Positions 1 through 14,233 of a stretch of DNA of 64,000 nt are shown one piece after another (within the stretch, counting starts at the first letter, position 1; the number at the start of each line of letters is the position of its first letter). Origin of the DNA: the human T2T-CHM13v2.0 reference genome, Homo sapiens; NCBI GenBank assembly GCA_009914755.4, contig CP086569.2, forward strand, positions 28,384,001-28,448,000. Reading direction: 5' to 3'. Below the pieces are notes generated by a model. It did not search any database and was not told the origin of the DNA. It was given only the letters and a program-made list of their open reading frames with translations. The position numbers and the translations under genes are program-made.

Positions 1-82
1 GAATGGTATGGAATGGATAGTAATGGACTGGAGTGAAATGGACTGGAAAGGAATGGACTCAAATTGAAAGGGCTCGAAAGGA
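1..82. repeat. Partial HOR copy (3' end of the upstream unit)
   Basis: Matches the end of the other HOR copies (for example 3550–3631): ggtatggaatggatagtaatggactggagtgaaatggactggaaagg. Confidence 0.9.
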
Positions 83-3000
83 ATGGAGTCAAATGGAATG
101 GTCTGGAATGGAATGAACACGAATGTAATGCAATCCAATAGAATGGAATCGAATGGCATGGAATATAAAGAAATGGAATCGAAGAGAATGGAAACAAATG
201 GAATGGAATTGAATGGAATGGAATTGAATGGAATGGGAACGAATGGAGTGAAATTGTATGCAGTAGAAGAGAATAGAATGGAATGCAAGCGAAAGGAAAG
301 GAATGGATTGGAATGGAATGGAATTCATTGGAATGGAAGGGAATGTAGTGTAATGGACAGGCCTGGAATAAAGTGGAATGCTACGGTCTCGAATGGAATA
401 AAAATGTATGGAATGGAATGCAATGAAACGGAATCGAATGTCATAGAATGTAATGGAATGCAAAAAAATGGACTCCTAAATCATTGACTGGAAAGGCTGG
501 GTGTCGAAAGGAATTGACTCCAATGGAATGGAATCGAATGGAATGGAAGTGAATAGAATCGAACTAAATCGCATGGAATGGAATTGATAGGAACGGAATG
601 GAAAGGAATGCAATGATTTGGCATGGAATGGAATCGAATGTCATCGAATGGAATGGAATGGAATGCAATGGAATGGAATGTATTAGAATGTAATGAACTT
701 TAATGGAATGTACTCGAATGGATTCGACTGGAATGGAATGTTCTGGAAGTGAATGGACTCCAATGGAATGGATTGAAAAGGAATGGAATCGTACGGAATG
801 GAATCTAATGGAATGGAATTAAATGGAAATGAATCAAATTGAATGGCACGGAATTGAATTGAATGGAATCGAATGCGATGGAATCTAATGAAACGGAAAG
901 GAAAGGAATGGAATGGAATGGAATGGGCTGGAATAGAAAGGAATCGAAACGAATGGAATGGAATCGAACTGAAGAGACTGGAATGGAATGCACTGGAATG
1001 GAAGGGAGTGTAATGGAATGTTCTCAAAAAAAATGGAATCGAATGGAATGGAATTGAATGGAACGGAATAGAGTCGAATGGAATTGAATGGAATGGAATG
1101 GACTAGAGTGAAATGGAATCGAACCACAAGGAATGGACAGGAAGAGAATGGTCTCGAATTGAATGGAATCGTATGGAATGGCATCAAACGGAATGGAATG
1201 GACAGCCACGGAATGGAATGCACTCGAATGCAATGGAGTCGAAACTAATGGACTGGAATAGAATGGACTCGACTGGTACGGACTCCAATGGAATGGAATC
1301 GAATGGAAGGGAATCGAACGGAATGGACTCGAAGGGAAAAGACTGCAATGGAAAGGTCTCGAATGGAATGGAAATTAATGGAATGGAATGGAATCGAATG
1401 AAATGGAGTCAAAAGGAATGGAATCGAATGGCAAGAAATCGAATGTAATGGAATCGCAAGGAATTGATGTGAACGGAACGGAATGGAATGGAATCCAAAG
1501 AAATGGAATAGAATGGAATGGAATCGAATGGAAAGGACTCGAATGGAAATCACTCGAATAGAATGCAATTTAATAAAATAGGATGAAATGTAATGGAATG
1601 GAATGGAAAGGAATCGAAACGAAAGGAATGGAGACAGATGGAATGGAATGGAACAGAGAGCAATGGTATAGAATGGAATGGAATCATCTGTAATGGAATT
1701 GAATGGAATGGAATAATATGAAATGGAATGGAGTGGAATGGAATGCCCTTGAATTAAATGGACTGGAATGGAATGGACTCGAACAGAGTGGAATGGAAAG
1801 TGTTGAGATAGAATGGAATGGACTCCTTTGGAATGGTCTTGTATGCAATGCAATGGACTGGCAGGGAATCAAAAGGAATGTAATCGAATGGATTGGACTG
1901 GAATGCAATGGACTCGAATAGATTGGAAACGGAATGCAAAGGAATGGAATGGAATAGTATGGAATGGAATGGAAAGGAATGGAGTGGAATAGACTAGAGT
2001 GGAATGGAATGGACTCGAAAGCAATGGACTGGAATGGAACTTTCTTGAATGGACTGGAATCAAACGGAATGGAATGCAATGCAATCAAATGGCATGGAAT
2101 AAAACAGAATGAAAGAGAATCAAATGGAATTGAATCGAATGGAATCGAATGGATTGGAAAGGAATAGAGTGGAATGGAATGGAATTGACTCAAATGGAAT
2201 GGACTAGAATGGAATGGATTCGAATGGAAGGCAAAGGAATGGAATCTATTGGAATGGACAGCAATGGAATGGAAAGGAAGGGATTGGAATGGACTCGAAT
2301 GGAATGGACTGCAATAGAAAAGATTCGAATGGAATGAAAAAGAATTGAATGGAATAGAACAGAATGGAATCAAATCGAATGAAATGGAATGGAATAGAAA
2401 GGAATGGAATGAAATGGAATGGAAAGTATTCGAATGGAATGCAATCGAATGGAATGGAATCGAACGGAATGGAATAAAATGGAAGAAAACTGGCAAGAAA
2501 TGGAATCGAAATGAATGGAGTGTTATGGAACGGACTCAAAAGGAATTGAATGTAATAGAATGGAGTGGAGTGGACTCGAATATAATGGACTGGAATGGAA
2601 TGAAATCACATGGAATGGGAACGAATGGAATGGAATGGAAAGGAATGGAATCGAATGGAAAGGAATCGAATGGAAGGGAATGAAATTGAATCAACAGGAA
2701 TGGAAGGGAATAGAATAGACGGTAATGGAATGGACTCGAATAGAATGGACACGAATGCTCAAATTGAATGGACTCGAATGGAATGGAAACGAAAGGAATG
2801 TCATCGAATGGAATTGAATCGATTGGAATGAAATCGCATAGAATGGAGTGGAATCAAATGGAATTGAATCGAAAGGAAAGGAAGCGAATGGACTGAAATG
2901 AAATGGAATGGAATTGAATGGAAAGTAATGCAATGGAATAGAATGGAACGAAATTTCACGGAATGGAATCAAACTGAATGGAATCAAATCAATGGAATAT

Positions 3001-3631
3001 AATCAAATGGAATGGAAAGGAATTGAATGGAGTAGATGGGATTGGATGGGATTGGAATGAAATGTACTGGAAAGGACTCGAATTTCATGAAACGGAATGG
3101 AATGAATTGGAACGGAATGGACTCGAATGGAATGGAATGTCATGGAATGGCATCAAATGGAATGGCATCAAATGGAATGGAATCGAATGCAATGGAATGC
3201 TATGGAATGGAATGGAATGCATTGGAATGGAATGTCCTCTAATGGAATGGATTCGAGTGGAATGGAATCGAATATAATGGAGTCGAATGAAATGGAATTG
3301 AAAGGAATGGGATCGAATACAATGGAATATACTGGAATGTAATGTAATGAAGTCGAATGTAATTGACTGGAATGGAATGTAAATGAATGGAATGTAATCG
3401 AATGGAAAGTAATCCAATGGAATAGAATCTAATGCAATAAAATCGACTCAGATAGAGTAGAATGTAATGGAATGGAGTGCAGTGCAATGGAATGGAATGG
3501 AATGGAATGCAATGGAATGGAATGGCATGGAATGGAATGGAATGGGATGGAATGGTATGGAATGGATAGTAATGGACTGGAGTGAAATGGACTGGAAAGG
3601 AATGAACTCAAATTGAAAGGGCTCGAAAGGA
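83..3631. repeat. HOR copy 1 (3549 bp)
   Basis: Phase anchor is the start of the 134-aa artefact ORF (83..487), which recurs at 3632. The copy has a GGCC site at about 360–363 and a GAATTC site at 323–328. Its ORF variant ends ...NGLLNH, shared with copy 2. Confidence 0.9.
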
Positions 3632-6600
3632 ATGGAGTCAAATGGAATGGTCTGGAATGGAATGAACACGAATGTAATGCAATCCAATAGAATGGAATCG
3701 AATGGCATGGAATATAAAGAAATGGAATCGAAGAGAATGGAAACAAATGGAATGGAATTGAATGGAATGGAATTGAATGGAATGGGAACGAATGGAGTGA
3801 AATTGTATGCAGTAGAAGAGAATAGAATGGAATGCAAGCGAAAGGAAAGGAATGGATTGGAATGGAATGGAATTCATTGGAATGGAAGGGAATGTAGTGT
3901 AATGGACAGGCCTGGAATAAAGTGGAATGCTATGGTCTCGAATGGAATAAAAATGTATGGAATGGAATGCAATGAAACGGAATCGAATGTCATAGAATGT
4001 AATGGAATGCAAAAAAATGGACTCCTAAATCATTGACTGGAAAGGCTGGGTGTCGAAAGGAATTGACTCCAATGGAATGGAATCGAATGGAATGGAAGTG
4101 AATAGAATCGAACTAAATCGCATGGAATGGAATTGATAGGAACGGAATGGAAAGGAATGCAATGATTTGGCATGGAATGGAATCGAATGGCATCGAATGG
4201 AATGGAATGGAATGCAATGGAATGGAATGTATTAGAATGTAATGAACTTTAATGGAATGTACTCGAATGGATTCGACTGGAATGGAATGTTCTGGAAGTG
4301 AATGGACTCCAATGGAATGGATTGAAAAGGAATGGAATCGTACGGAATGGAATCTAATGGAATGGAATTAAATGGAAATGAATCAAATTGAATAGCACGG
4401 AATTGAATTGAATGGAATCGAATGCGATGGAATCTAATGAAACGGAAAGGAAAGGAATGGAATGGAATGGAATGGGCTGGAATGGAAAGGAATCGAAACG
4501 AGTGGAATGGAATCGAACTGAAGAGACTGGAATGGAATGCACTGGAATGGAAGGGAGTGTAATGGAAGGTTCTCGAAAAAAATGGAATCGAATGGAATGG
4601 AATTGAATGGAACGGAATAGAGTCGAATGGATTTGAATGGAATGGAATGGACTAGAGTGAAATGGAATCGAACCACAAGGAATGGACAGGAATAGAATGG
4701 TCTCGAATTGAATGGAATCGTATGGAATGGCATCAAACGGAATGGAATGCACTCGAATGCAATGGAGTCGAAACTAATGGACTGGAATAGAATGGACTCG
4801 ACTGGTACGGACTCCAATGGAATGGAATCGAATGGAAGGGAATCGAACGGAATGGACTCGAAGGGAAAAGACTGCAATGGAAAGGTCTCGAATGGAATGG
4901 AAATTAATGGAATGGAATGGAATCGAATGAAATGGAGTCAAAAGGAATGGAATCGAATGGCAAGAAATCGAATGTAATGGAATCGCAAGGAATTGATGTG
5001 AACGGAACGGAATGGAATGGAATCCAAAGGAATGGAATAGAATGGAATGGAATCGAATGGAAAGGACTCGAATGGAAATCACTCGAATAGAATGCAATTT
5101 AATAAAATAGGATGAAATGTAATGGAATGGAATGGAAAGGAATCGAAACGAAAGGAATGGAGACAGATGGAATGGAATGGAACAGAGAGCAATGGTATAG
5201 AATGGAATGGAATCATCTGGAATGGAATTGAATGGAATGGAATAATATGAAATGGAATGGAATGGAATGGAATGGAATGCCCTTGAATTAAATGGACTGG
5301 AATGGAATGGACTCGAACAGAGTGGAATGGAAAGTGTTGAGATAGAATGGAATGGACTCCTTTGGAATGGTCTAGTATGCAATGCAATGGACTGGCAGGG
5401 AATCAAAAGGAATGTAATCGAATGGATTGGACTGGAATGCAATGGAATCGAATAGATTGGAAACGGAATGCAAAGGAATGGAATGGAATAGTATGGAATG
5501 GAATGGAAAGGAATGGAGTGGAATAGACTAGAGTGGAATGGAATGGACTCGAAAGCAATGGACTGGAATGGAACTTTCTTGAATGGACTGGAATCAAACG
5601 GAATGGAATGCAATGCAATCAAATGGCATGGAATAAAACTGAATGAAAGAGAATCAAATGGAATTGAATCGAATGGAATCGAATGGATTGGAAAGGAATA
5701 GAGTGGAATGGAATGGAATTGACTCAAATGGAATGGACTAGAATGGAATGGATTCGAATGGAAGGCAAAGGAATGGAATCTATTGGAATGGACTGCAATG
5801 GAATGGAAAGGAAGGGATTGGAATGGACTCGAATGGAATGGACTGCAATAGAAAGGATTCGAATGGAATGAAAAAGAATTGAATGGAATAGAACAGAATG
5901 GAATCAAATCGAATGAAATGGAATGGAATAGAAAGGAATGGAATGAAATGGAATGGAAAGGATTCGAATGGAATGCAATCGAATGGAATGGAATCGAACG
6001 GAATGGAATAAAATGGAAGAAAACTGGCAAGAAATGGAATCGAAATGAATGGAGTGTTATGGAACGGACTCAAAAGGAATTGAATGTAATAGAATGGAGT
6101 GGAGTGGACTCGAATATAATGGACTGGAATGGAATGAAATCACATGGAATGGGAACGAATGGAATGGAATGGAAAGGAATGGAATCGAATGGAAAGGAAT
6201 CGAATGGAAGGGAATGAAATTGAATCAACAGGAATGGAAGGGAATAGAATAGACGGTAATGGAATGGACTCGAATAGAATGGACACGAATGCTCAAATTG
6301 AATGGACTCGAATGGAATGGAAACGAAAGGAATGTCATCGAATGGAATTGAATCGATTGGAATGAAATCGCATAGAATGGAGTGGAATCAAATGGAATTG
6401 AATCGAAAGGAAAGGAAGCGAATGGACTGAAATGAAATGGAATGGAATTGAATGGAAAGTAATGCAATGGAATAGAATGGAACGAAATTTCACGGAATGG
6501 AATCAAACTGAATGGAATCAAATCAATGGAATATAATCAAATGGAATGGAAAGGAATTGAATGGAGTAGATGGGATTGGATGGGATTGGAATGAAATGTA

Positions 6601-7165
6601 CTGGAAAGGACTCGAATTTCATGAAACGGAATGGAATGAATTGGAACGGAATGGACTCGAATGGAATGGAATGTCATGGAATGGCATCAAATGGAATGGC
6701 ATCAAATGGAATGGAATCGAATGCAATGGAATGCTATGGAATGGAACGGAATGCATTGGAATGGAATGTCCTCTAATGGAATGGATTCGAGTGGAATGGA
6801 ATCGAATATAATGGAGTCGAATGAAATGGAATTGAAAGGAATGGGATCGAATACAATGGAATATACTGGAATGTAATGTAATGAAGTGGAATGTAATTGA
6901 CTGGAATGGAATGTACATGAATGGAATGTAATCGAATGGAAAGTAATCCAATGGAATAGAATCTAATGCAATAAAATCGACTCAGATAGAGTAGAATGTT
7001 ATGGAATGGAGTGCAGTGCAATGGAATGGAATGGAATGGAATGCAATGGAATGGAATGGAATGGAATGGAATGGAATGGGATGGAATGGTATGGAATGGA
7101 TAGTAATGGACTGGAGTGAAATGGACTGGAAAGGAATGGACTCAAATTGAAAGGGCTCGAAAGGA
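3632..7165. repeat. HOR copy 2 (3534 bp)
   Basis: Anchor ORF at 3632..4036 is nearly identical to copy 1 (both NGLLNH). The internal landmark segments are all present. Confidence 0.9.
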
Positions 7166-10100
7166 ATGGAGTCAAATGGAATGGTCTGGAATGGAATGAA
7201 CACGAATGTAATGCAATCCAATAGAATGGAATCGAATGGCATGGAATATAAAGAAATGGAATCGAAAAGAATGGAAATAAATGGAATGGAATTGAATGGA
7301 ATGGAATTGAATGGAATGGGAACGAATGGAGTGAAATTGTATGCAGTAGAAGAGAATAGAATGGAATGCAAGCGAAAGGAAAGGAATGGATTGGAATGGA
7401 ATGGAATTCATTGGAATGGAAGGGAATGTAGTGTAATGGACAGGCCTGGAATAAAGTGGAATGCTACGGTCTCGAATGGAATAAAAATGTATGGAATGGA
7501 ATGCAATGAAACGGAATCGAATGTCATAGAATGTAATGGAATGCAAAAAAATGGACTCCAAAATCATTGACTGGAAAGGCTGGGTGTCGAAAGGAATTGA
7601 CTCCAATGGAATGGAATCGAATGGAATGGAAGTGAATAGAATCGAACTAAATCGAATGGAATGGAATTGATAGGAACGGAATGGAAAGGAATGCAATGAT
7701 TTGGCATGGAATGGAATCGAATGGCATCGAATGGAATGGAATGGAATGCAATGCAATGGAATGTATTAGAATGTAATGAACTTTAATGGAATGTACTCGA
7801 ATGGATTCGACTGGAATGGAATGTTCTGGAAGTGAATGGACTCCAATGGAATGGATTGAAAAGGAATGGAATCGTACGGAATGGAATCTAATGGAATGGA
7901 ATTAAATGGAAATGAATCAAATTGAATAGCACGGAATTGAATTGAATGGAATCGAATGCAATGGAATCTAATGAAATGGAAATGATAGGAATGGAATGGA
8001 ATGGAATGGGCTGGAATAGAAAGGAATCGAAACGAATGGAATGGAATCGAACTGAAGAGACTGGAATGGAATGCACTGGAATGGAAGGGAGTGTAATGGA
8101 ATGTTCTCGAAAAAAATGGAATCGAATGGAATGGAATTGAATGGAACGGAATAGAGTCGAATGGAATTGAATGGAATGGAATGGACTAGAGTGAAATGGA
8201 ATCGAACCACAAGGAATGGACAGGAAGAGAATGGTCTCGAATTGAATGGAATCGTATGGAATGGCATCAAACGGAATGGAATGGACAGCCACGGAATGGA
8301 ATGCACTCGAATGCAATGGAGTCGAAACTAATGGACTGGAATAGAATGGACTCGACTGGTACGGACTCCAATGGAATGGATTCGAATGGAAGGGAATCGA
8401 ACGGAATGGACTCGAAGGGAAAAGACTGCAATGGAAAGGTCTCGAATGGAATGGAAATTAGTGGAATGGAATGGAATCCAATGAAATGGAGTCAAAAGGA
8501 ATGGAATCGAATGGCAAGAAATCGAATGTAATGGAATCGCAAGGAATTGATGTGAACGGAACGGAATGGAATGGAATCCAAAGGAATGGAATAGAATGGA
8601 ATGGAATCGAATGGAAAGAACTCGAATGGAAATCACTCGAATAGAATGCAATTTAATAAAATAAGATCAAATGTAATGTAATGGAATGGAAAGGAATCGA
8701 AACGAAAGGAATGGAGACAGATGGAATGGAATGGAACAGAGAGCAATGGTATAGAATGGAATGGAATCATCTGGAATGGAATTGAATGGAATGGAATAAT
8801 ATGAAATGGAATGGAATGGAATGGAATGCCCTTGAATTAAATGGACTGGAATGGAATGGACTCGAACAGAGTGGAATGGAAAGTGTTGAGATAGAATGGA
8901 ATGGACTCCTTTGGAATGGTCTAGTATGCAATGCAATGGACTGGCAGGGAATCAAAAGGAATGTAATCGAATGGATTGGACTGGAATGCAATGGACTCGA
9001 ATAGATTGGAAACGGAATGCAAAGGAATGGAATGGAATAGTATGGAATGGAATGGAAAGGAATGGAGTGGAATAGACTAGAGTGGAATGGAATGGACTCG
9101 AAAGCAATGGACTGGAATGGAACTTTCTTGAATGGACTGGAATCAAACGGAATGGAATGCAATGCAATCAAATGGCATGGAATAAAACAGAATGAAAGAG
9201 AATCAAATGGAATTGAATCGAATGGAATCGAATGGATTGGAAAGGAATAGAGTGGAATGGAATGGAATTGACTCAAATGGAATGGACTAGAATGGAATGG
9301 ATTCGAATGGAAGGCAAAGGAATGGAATCTATTGGAATGGACAGCAATGGAATGGAAAGGAAGGGATTGGAATGGACTCGAATGGAATGGACTGCAATAG
9401 AAAGGATTCGAATGGAATGAAAAAGAATTGAATGGAATAGAACAGAATGGAATCAAATCGAATGAAATGGAATGGAATAGAAAGGAATGGAATGAAATGG
9501 AATGGAAAGGATTCGAATGGAATGCAATCGAATGGAATGGAATCGAACGGAATGGAATAAAATGGAAGCAAACTGGCAAGAAATGGAATCGAAATGAATG
9601 GAGTGTTATGGAACGGACTCCAAAGGAATTGAATGTAATAGAATGGAGTGGAGTGGACTCGAATATAATGGACTGGAATGGAATGAAATCACATGGAATG
9701 GGAACGAATGGAATGGAATGGAAAGGAATGGAATCGAATGGAAAGGAATCGAATGGAAGGGAATGAAATTGAATCAACAGGAATGGAAGGGAATAGAATA
9801 GACGGTAATGGAATGGACTCGAATAGAATGGACACGAATGCTCAAATTGAATGGACTCGAATGGAATGGAAACGAAAGGAATGTCATCGAATGGAATTGA
9901 ATCGATTGGAATGAAATGGCATAGAATGGAGTGGAATCAAATGGAATTGAATCGAAAGGAAAGGAAGCGAATGGACTGAAATGAAATGGAATGGAATTGA
10001 ATGGAAAGTAAAGCAATGGAATAGAATGGAACGAAATTTCACGGAATGGAATCAAACTGAATGGAATCAAATCAATGGAATATAATCAAATGGAATGGAA

Positions 10101-10719
10101 AGGAATTGAATGGAGTAGATGGGATTGGATGGGATTGGAATGAAATGTACTGGAAAGGACTCGAATTTCATGAAACGGAATGGAATGAATTGGAACGGAA
10201 TGGAATCGAATGGAATGGAATGTCATGGAATGGCATCAAATGGAATGGCATCAAATGGAATGGAATCGAATGCAATGGAATGCAATGGAATGGAATGGAA
10301 TGCATTGGAATAGAATGTCCTCTAATGGAATGGATTCGAGTGGAATGGAATCGAATATAATGGAGTCGAATGAAATGGAATTGAAAGGAATGGGATCGAA
10401 TACAATGGAATATACTGGAATGTAATGTAATGAACTCGAATGTAATTGACTGGAATGGAATGTACATGAATGGAATGTAATCGAATGGAAAGTAATCCAA
10501 TGGAATAGAATCTAATGCAAGAAAATCGACTCAGATAGAGTAGAATGTAATGGAATGGAGTGCAGTGCAATGGAATGGAATGGAATGCAATGGAATGGAA
10601 TGGAATGGAATGGAATGGAATGGAATGGAATGGGATGGAATGGTATGGAATGGATAGTAATGGACTGGAGTGAAATGGACTGGAAAGGAATGGACTCAAA
10701 TTGAAAGGGCTCGAAAGGA
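7166..10719. repeat. HOR copy 3 (3554 bp)
   Basis: Anchor ORF at 7166..7570 (variant KRMEING, NGLQNH). Confidence 0.9.
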
Positions 10720-13700
10720 ATGGAGTCAAATGGAATGGTCTGGAATGGAATGAACACGAATGTAATGCAATCCAATAGAATGGAATCGAATGGCATGGAA
10801 TATAAAGAAATGGAATCGAAGAGAATGGAAACAAATGGAATGGAATTGAATGGAATGGAATTGAATGGAATGGGAACGAATGGAGTGAAATTGTATGCAG
10901 TAGAAGAGAATAGAATGGAATGCAAGCGAAAGGAAAGGAATGGATTGGAATGGAATGGAATTCATTGGAATGGAAGGGAATGTAGTGTAATGGACAGGCC
11001 TGGAATAAAGTGGAATGCTACGGTCTCGAATGGAATAAAAATGTATGGAATGGAATGCAATGAAACGGAATCGAATGTCATAGAATGTAATGGAATGCAA
11101 AAAAATGGACTCCAAAATCATTGACTGGAAAGGCTGGGTGTCGAAAGGAATTGACTCCAATGGAATGGAATCGAATGGAATGGAAGTGAATAGAATCGAA
11201 CTAAATCGAATGGAATGGAATTGATAGGAACGGAATGGAAAGGAATGCAATGATTTGGCATGGAATGGAATCGAATGGCATCTAATGGAATGGTATGGAA
11301 TGCAATGGAATGGAATGTATTAGAATGTAATGAACTTTAATGGAATGTACTCGAATGGATTCGACTGGAATGGAATGTTCTGGAAGTGAATGGACTCCAA
11401 TGGAATGCATTCAAAAGGAATGGAATCGTACGGAATGGAATCTAATGGAATGGAATTAAATGGAAATGAATCAAATTGAATAGCACGGAATTGAATTGAA
11501 TGGAATCGAATGCAATGGAATCTAATGAAACGGAAAGGAAAGGAATGGAATGGAATGGAATGGGCTGGAATGGAAAGGAATCGAAACGAATGGAATGGAA
11601 TCGAACTGAAGAGACTGGAATGGAATGCACTGGAATGGAAGGGAGTGTAATGGAGGGTTCTCGAAAAAAATGGAATCGAATGGAATGGAATTGAATGGAA
11701 CGGAATAGAGTCGAATGGAATTGAATGGAATGGAATGGACTAGAGTGAAATGGAATCGAACCACAAGGAATGGACAGGAATAGAATGGTCTCGAATTGAA
11801 TGGAATCGTATGGAATGGCATCAAACGGAATGGAATGCACTCGAATGCAATGGAGTCGAAACTAATGGACTGGAATAGAATGGACTCGACTGGTACGGAC
11901 TCCAATGGAATGGATTCGAATGGAAGGGAATCGAACGGAATGGACTCGAAGGGAAAAGACTGCAATGGAAAGGTCTCGAATGGAATGGAAATTAGTGGAA
12001 TGGAATGGAATCGAATGAAATGGAGTCAAAAGGAATGGAATCGAATGGCAAGAAATCGAATGTAATGGAATCGCAAGGAATTGATGTGAACGGAACGGAA
12101 TGGAATGGAATCCAAAGGAATGGAATAGAATGGAATGGAATCGAATGGAAAGGACTCGAATGGAAATCACTCGAATAGAATGCAATTTAATAAAATAGGA
12201 TGAAATGTAATGGAATGGAATGGAAAGGAATCGAAACGAAAGGAATGGAGACAGATGGAATGGAATGGAACAGAGAGCAATGGTATAGAATGGAATGCAA
12301 TCATCTGGAATGGAATGGAATGGAATGGAATGGAATGGAATGCCCTTGAATTAAATGGACTGGAATGGAATGGACTCGAACAGAGTGGAATGGAAAGTGT
12401 TGAGATAGAATGGAATGGACTCCTTTGGAATGGTCTAGTATGCAATGCAATGGACTGGCAGGGAATCAAAAGGAATGTAATCGAATGGATTGGACTGGAA
12501 TGCAATGGACTCGAATAGATTGGAAACGGAATGCAAAGGAATGGAATGGAATAGTATGGAATGGAATGGAAAGGAATGGAGTGGAATAGACTAGAGTGGA
12601 ATGGAATGGACTCGAAAGCAATGGACTGGAATGGAACTTTCTTGAATGGACTGGAATCAAACGGAATGGAATGCAATGCAATCAAATGGCATGGAATAAA
12701 ATAGAATGAAAGAGAATCAAATGGAATTGAATCGAATGGAATCGAATGGATTGGAAAGGAATAGAGTGGAATGGAATGGAATTGACTCAAATGGAATGGA
12801 CTAGAATGGAATGGATTCGAATGGAAGGCAAAGGAATGGAATCTATTGGAATGGACAGCAATGGAATGGAAAGGAAGGGATTGGAATGGACTCGAATGGA
12901 ATGGACTGCAATAGAAAGGATTCGAATGGAATGAAAAAGAATTGAATGGAATAGAACAGAATGGAATCAAATCGAATGAAATGGAATGGAATAGAAAGGA
13001 ATGGAATGAAATGGAATGGAAAGGATTCGAATGGAATGCAATCGAATGGAATGGAATCGAACGGAATGGAATAAAATGGAAGCAAACTGGCAAGAAATGG
13101 AATCGAAATGAATGGAGTGTTATGGAACGGACTCAAAAGGAATTGAATGTAATAGAATGGAGTGGAGTGGACTCGAATATAATGGACTGGAATGGAATGA
13201 AATCACATGGAATGGGAACGAATGGAATGGAATGGAAAGGAATGGAATCGAATGGAAAGGAATCGAATGGAAGGGAATGAAATTGAATCAACAGGAATGG
13301 AAGGGAATAGAATAGACGGTAATGGAATGGACTCGAATAGAATGGACACGAATGCTCAAATTGAATGGACTCGAATGGAATGGAAACGAAAGGAATGTCA
13401 TCGAATGGAATTGAATCGATTGGAATGAAATCGCATAGAATGGAGTGGAATCAAATGGAATTGAATCGAAAGGAAAGGAAGCGAATGGACTGAAATGAAA
13501 TGGAATGGAATTGAATGGAAAGTAAAGCAATGGAATAGAATGGAACGAAATTTCACGGAATGGAATCAAACTGAATGGAATCAAATCAATGGAATATAAT
13601 CAAATGGAATGGAAAGGAATTGAATGGAGTAGATGGGATTGGATGGGATTGGAATGAAATGTACTGGAAAGGACTCGAATTTCATGAAACGGCATGGAAT

Positions 13701-14233
13701 GAATTGGAACGGAATGGAATCGAATGGAATGGAATGTCATGGAATGGCATCAAATGGAATGGCATCAAATGGAATGGAATCGAATGCAATGGAATGCAAT
13801 GGAATGGAATGGAATGCATTGGAATAGAATGTCCTCTAATGGAATGGATTCGAGGGGAATGGAATCGAATATAATGGAGTCGAATGAAATGGAATTGAAA
13901 GGAATGGGATCGAATACAATGGAATATACTGGAATGTAATGTAATGAACTCGAATGTAATTGACTGGAATGGAATGTACATGAATGGAATGTAATCGAAT
14001 GGAAAGTAATCCAATGGAATAGAATCTAATGCAAGAAAATCGACTCAGATAGAGTAGAATGTAATGGAATGGAGTGCAGTGCAATGGAATGGAATGGAAT
14101 GCAATGGAATGGAATGGAATGGAATGGAATGGAATGGAATGGAATGGGATGGAATGGTATGGAATGGATAGTAATGGACTGGAGTGAAATGGACTGGAAA
14201 GGAATGGACTCAAATTGAAAGGGCTCGAAAGGA
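10720..14233. repeat. HOR copy 4 (3514 bp)
   Basis: Anchor ORF at 10720..11124. Minus-strand ORFs are conserved with copy 5. Confidence 0.9.

Noticed and set aside
83-487. A 134-aa plus-strand ORF (MESNGMVWNGMNTNVMQ...) that recurs in every HOR copy and looks like a conserved multi-copy gene.
   Set aside because: It is a stop-free reading frame of the (GGAAT)n lattice. Its composition is low-complexity (M/E/W/N/G). It overlaps equally long antisense ORFs. It is conserved only because the whole satellite is homogenised. No start or RBS/Kozak context or domain is recognisable.
1566-1597. AT-rich island caatttaataaaataggatgaaatgtaatgg as a possible promoter or TATA element.
   Set aside because: It occurs once per HOR as part of the repeat consensus, with no downstream gene, so promoter function is unsupported. 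I note it only as a sequence landmark.
3030-3060. G-rich segment gggattggatgggattggaatg as a possible G-quadruplex.
   Set aside because: It has only two GGG runs within the local window. The rest of the array has GG dinucleotides only. Canonical G4 is unlikely, although (GGAAT)n is known to adopt other non-B structures.
4774-6030. The longest ORF in the window, 418 aa on the minus strand (MPVFFHFIPFRSIPFHS...).
   Set aside because: It is the reverse-complement reading of GGAAT pentamers (IPFHS periodicity). Its length varies between copies from 123 to 418 aa, depending only on where chance stop codons arise. It is not a coding sequence.
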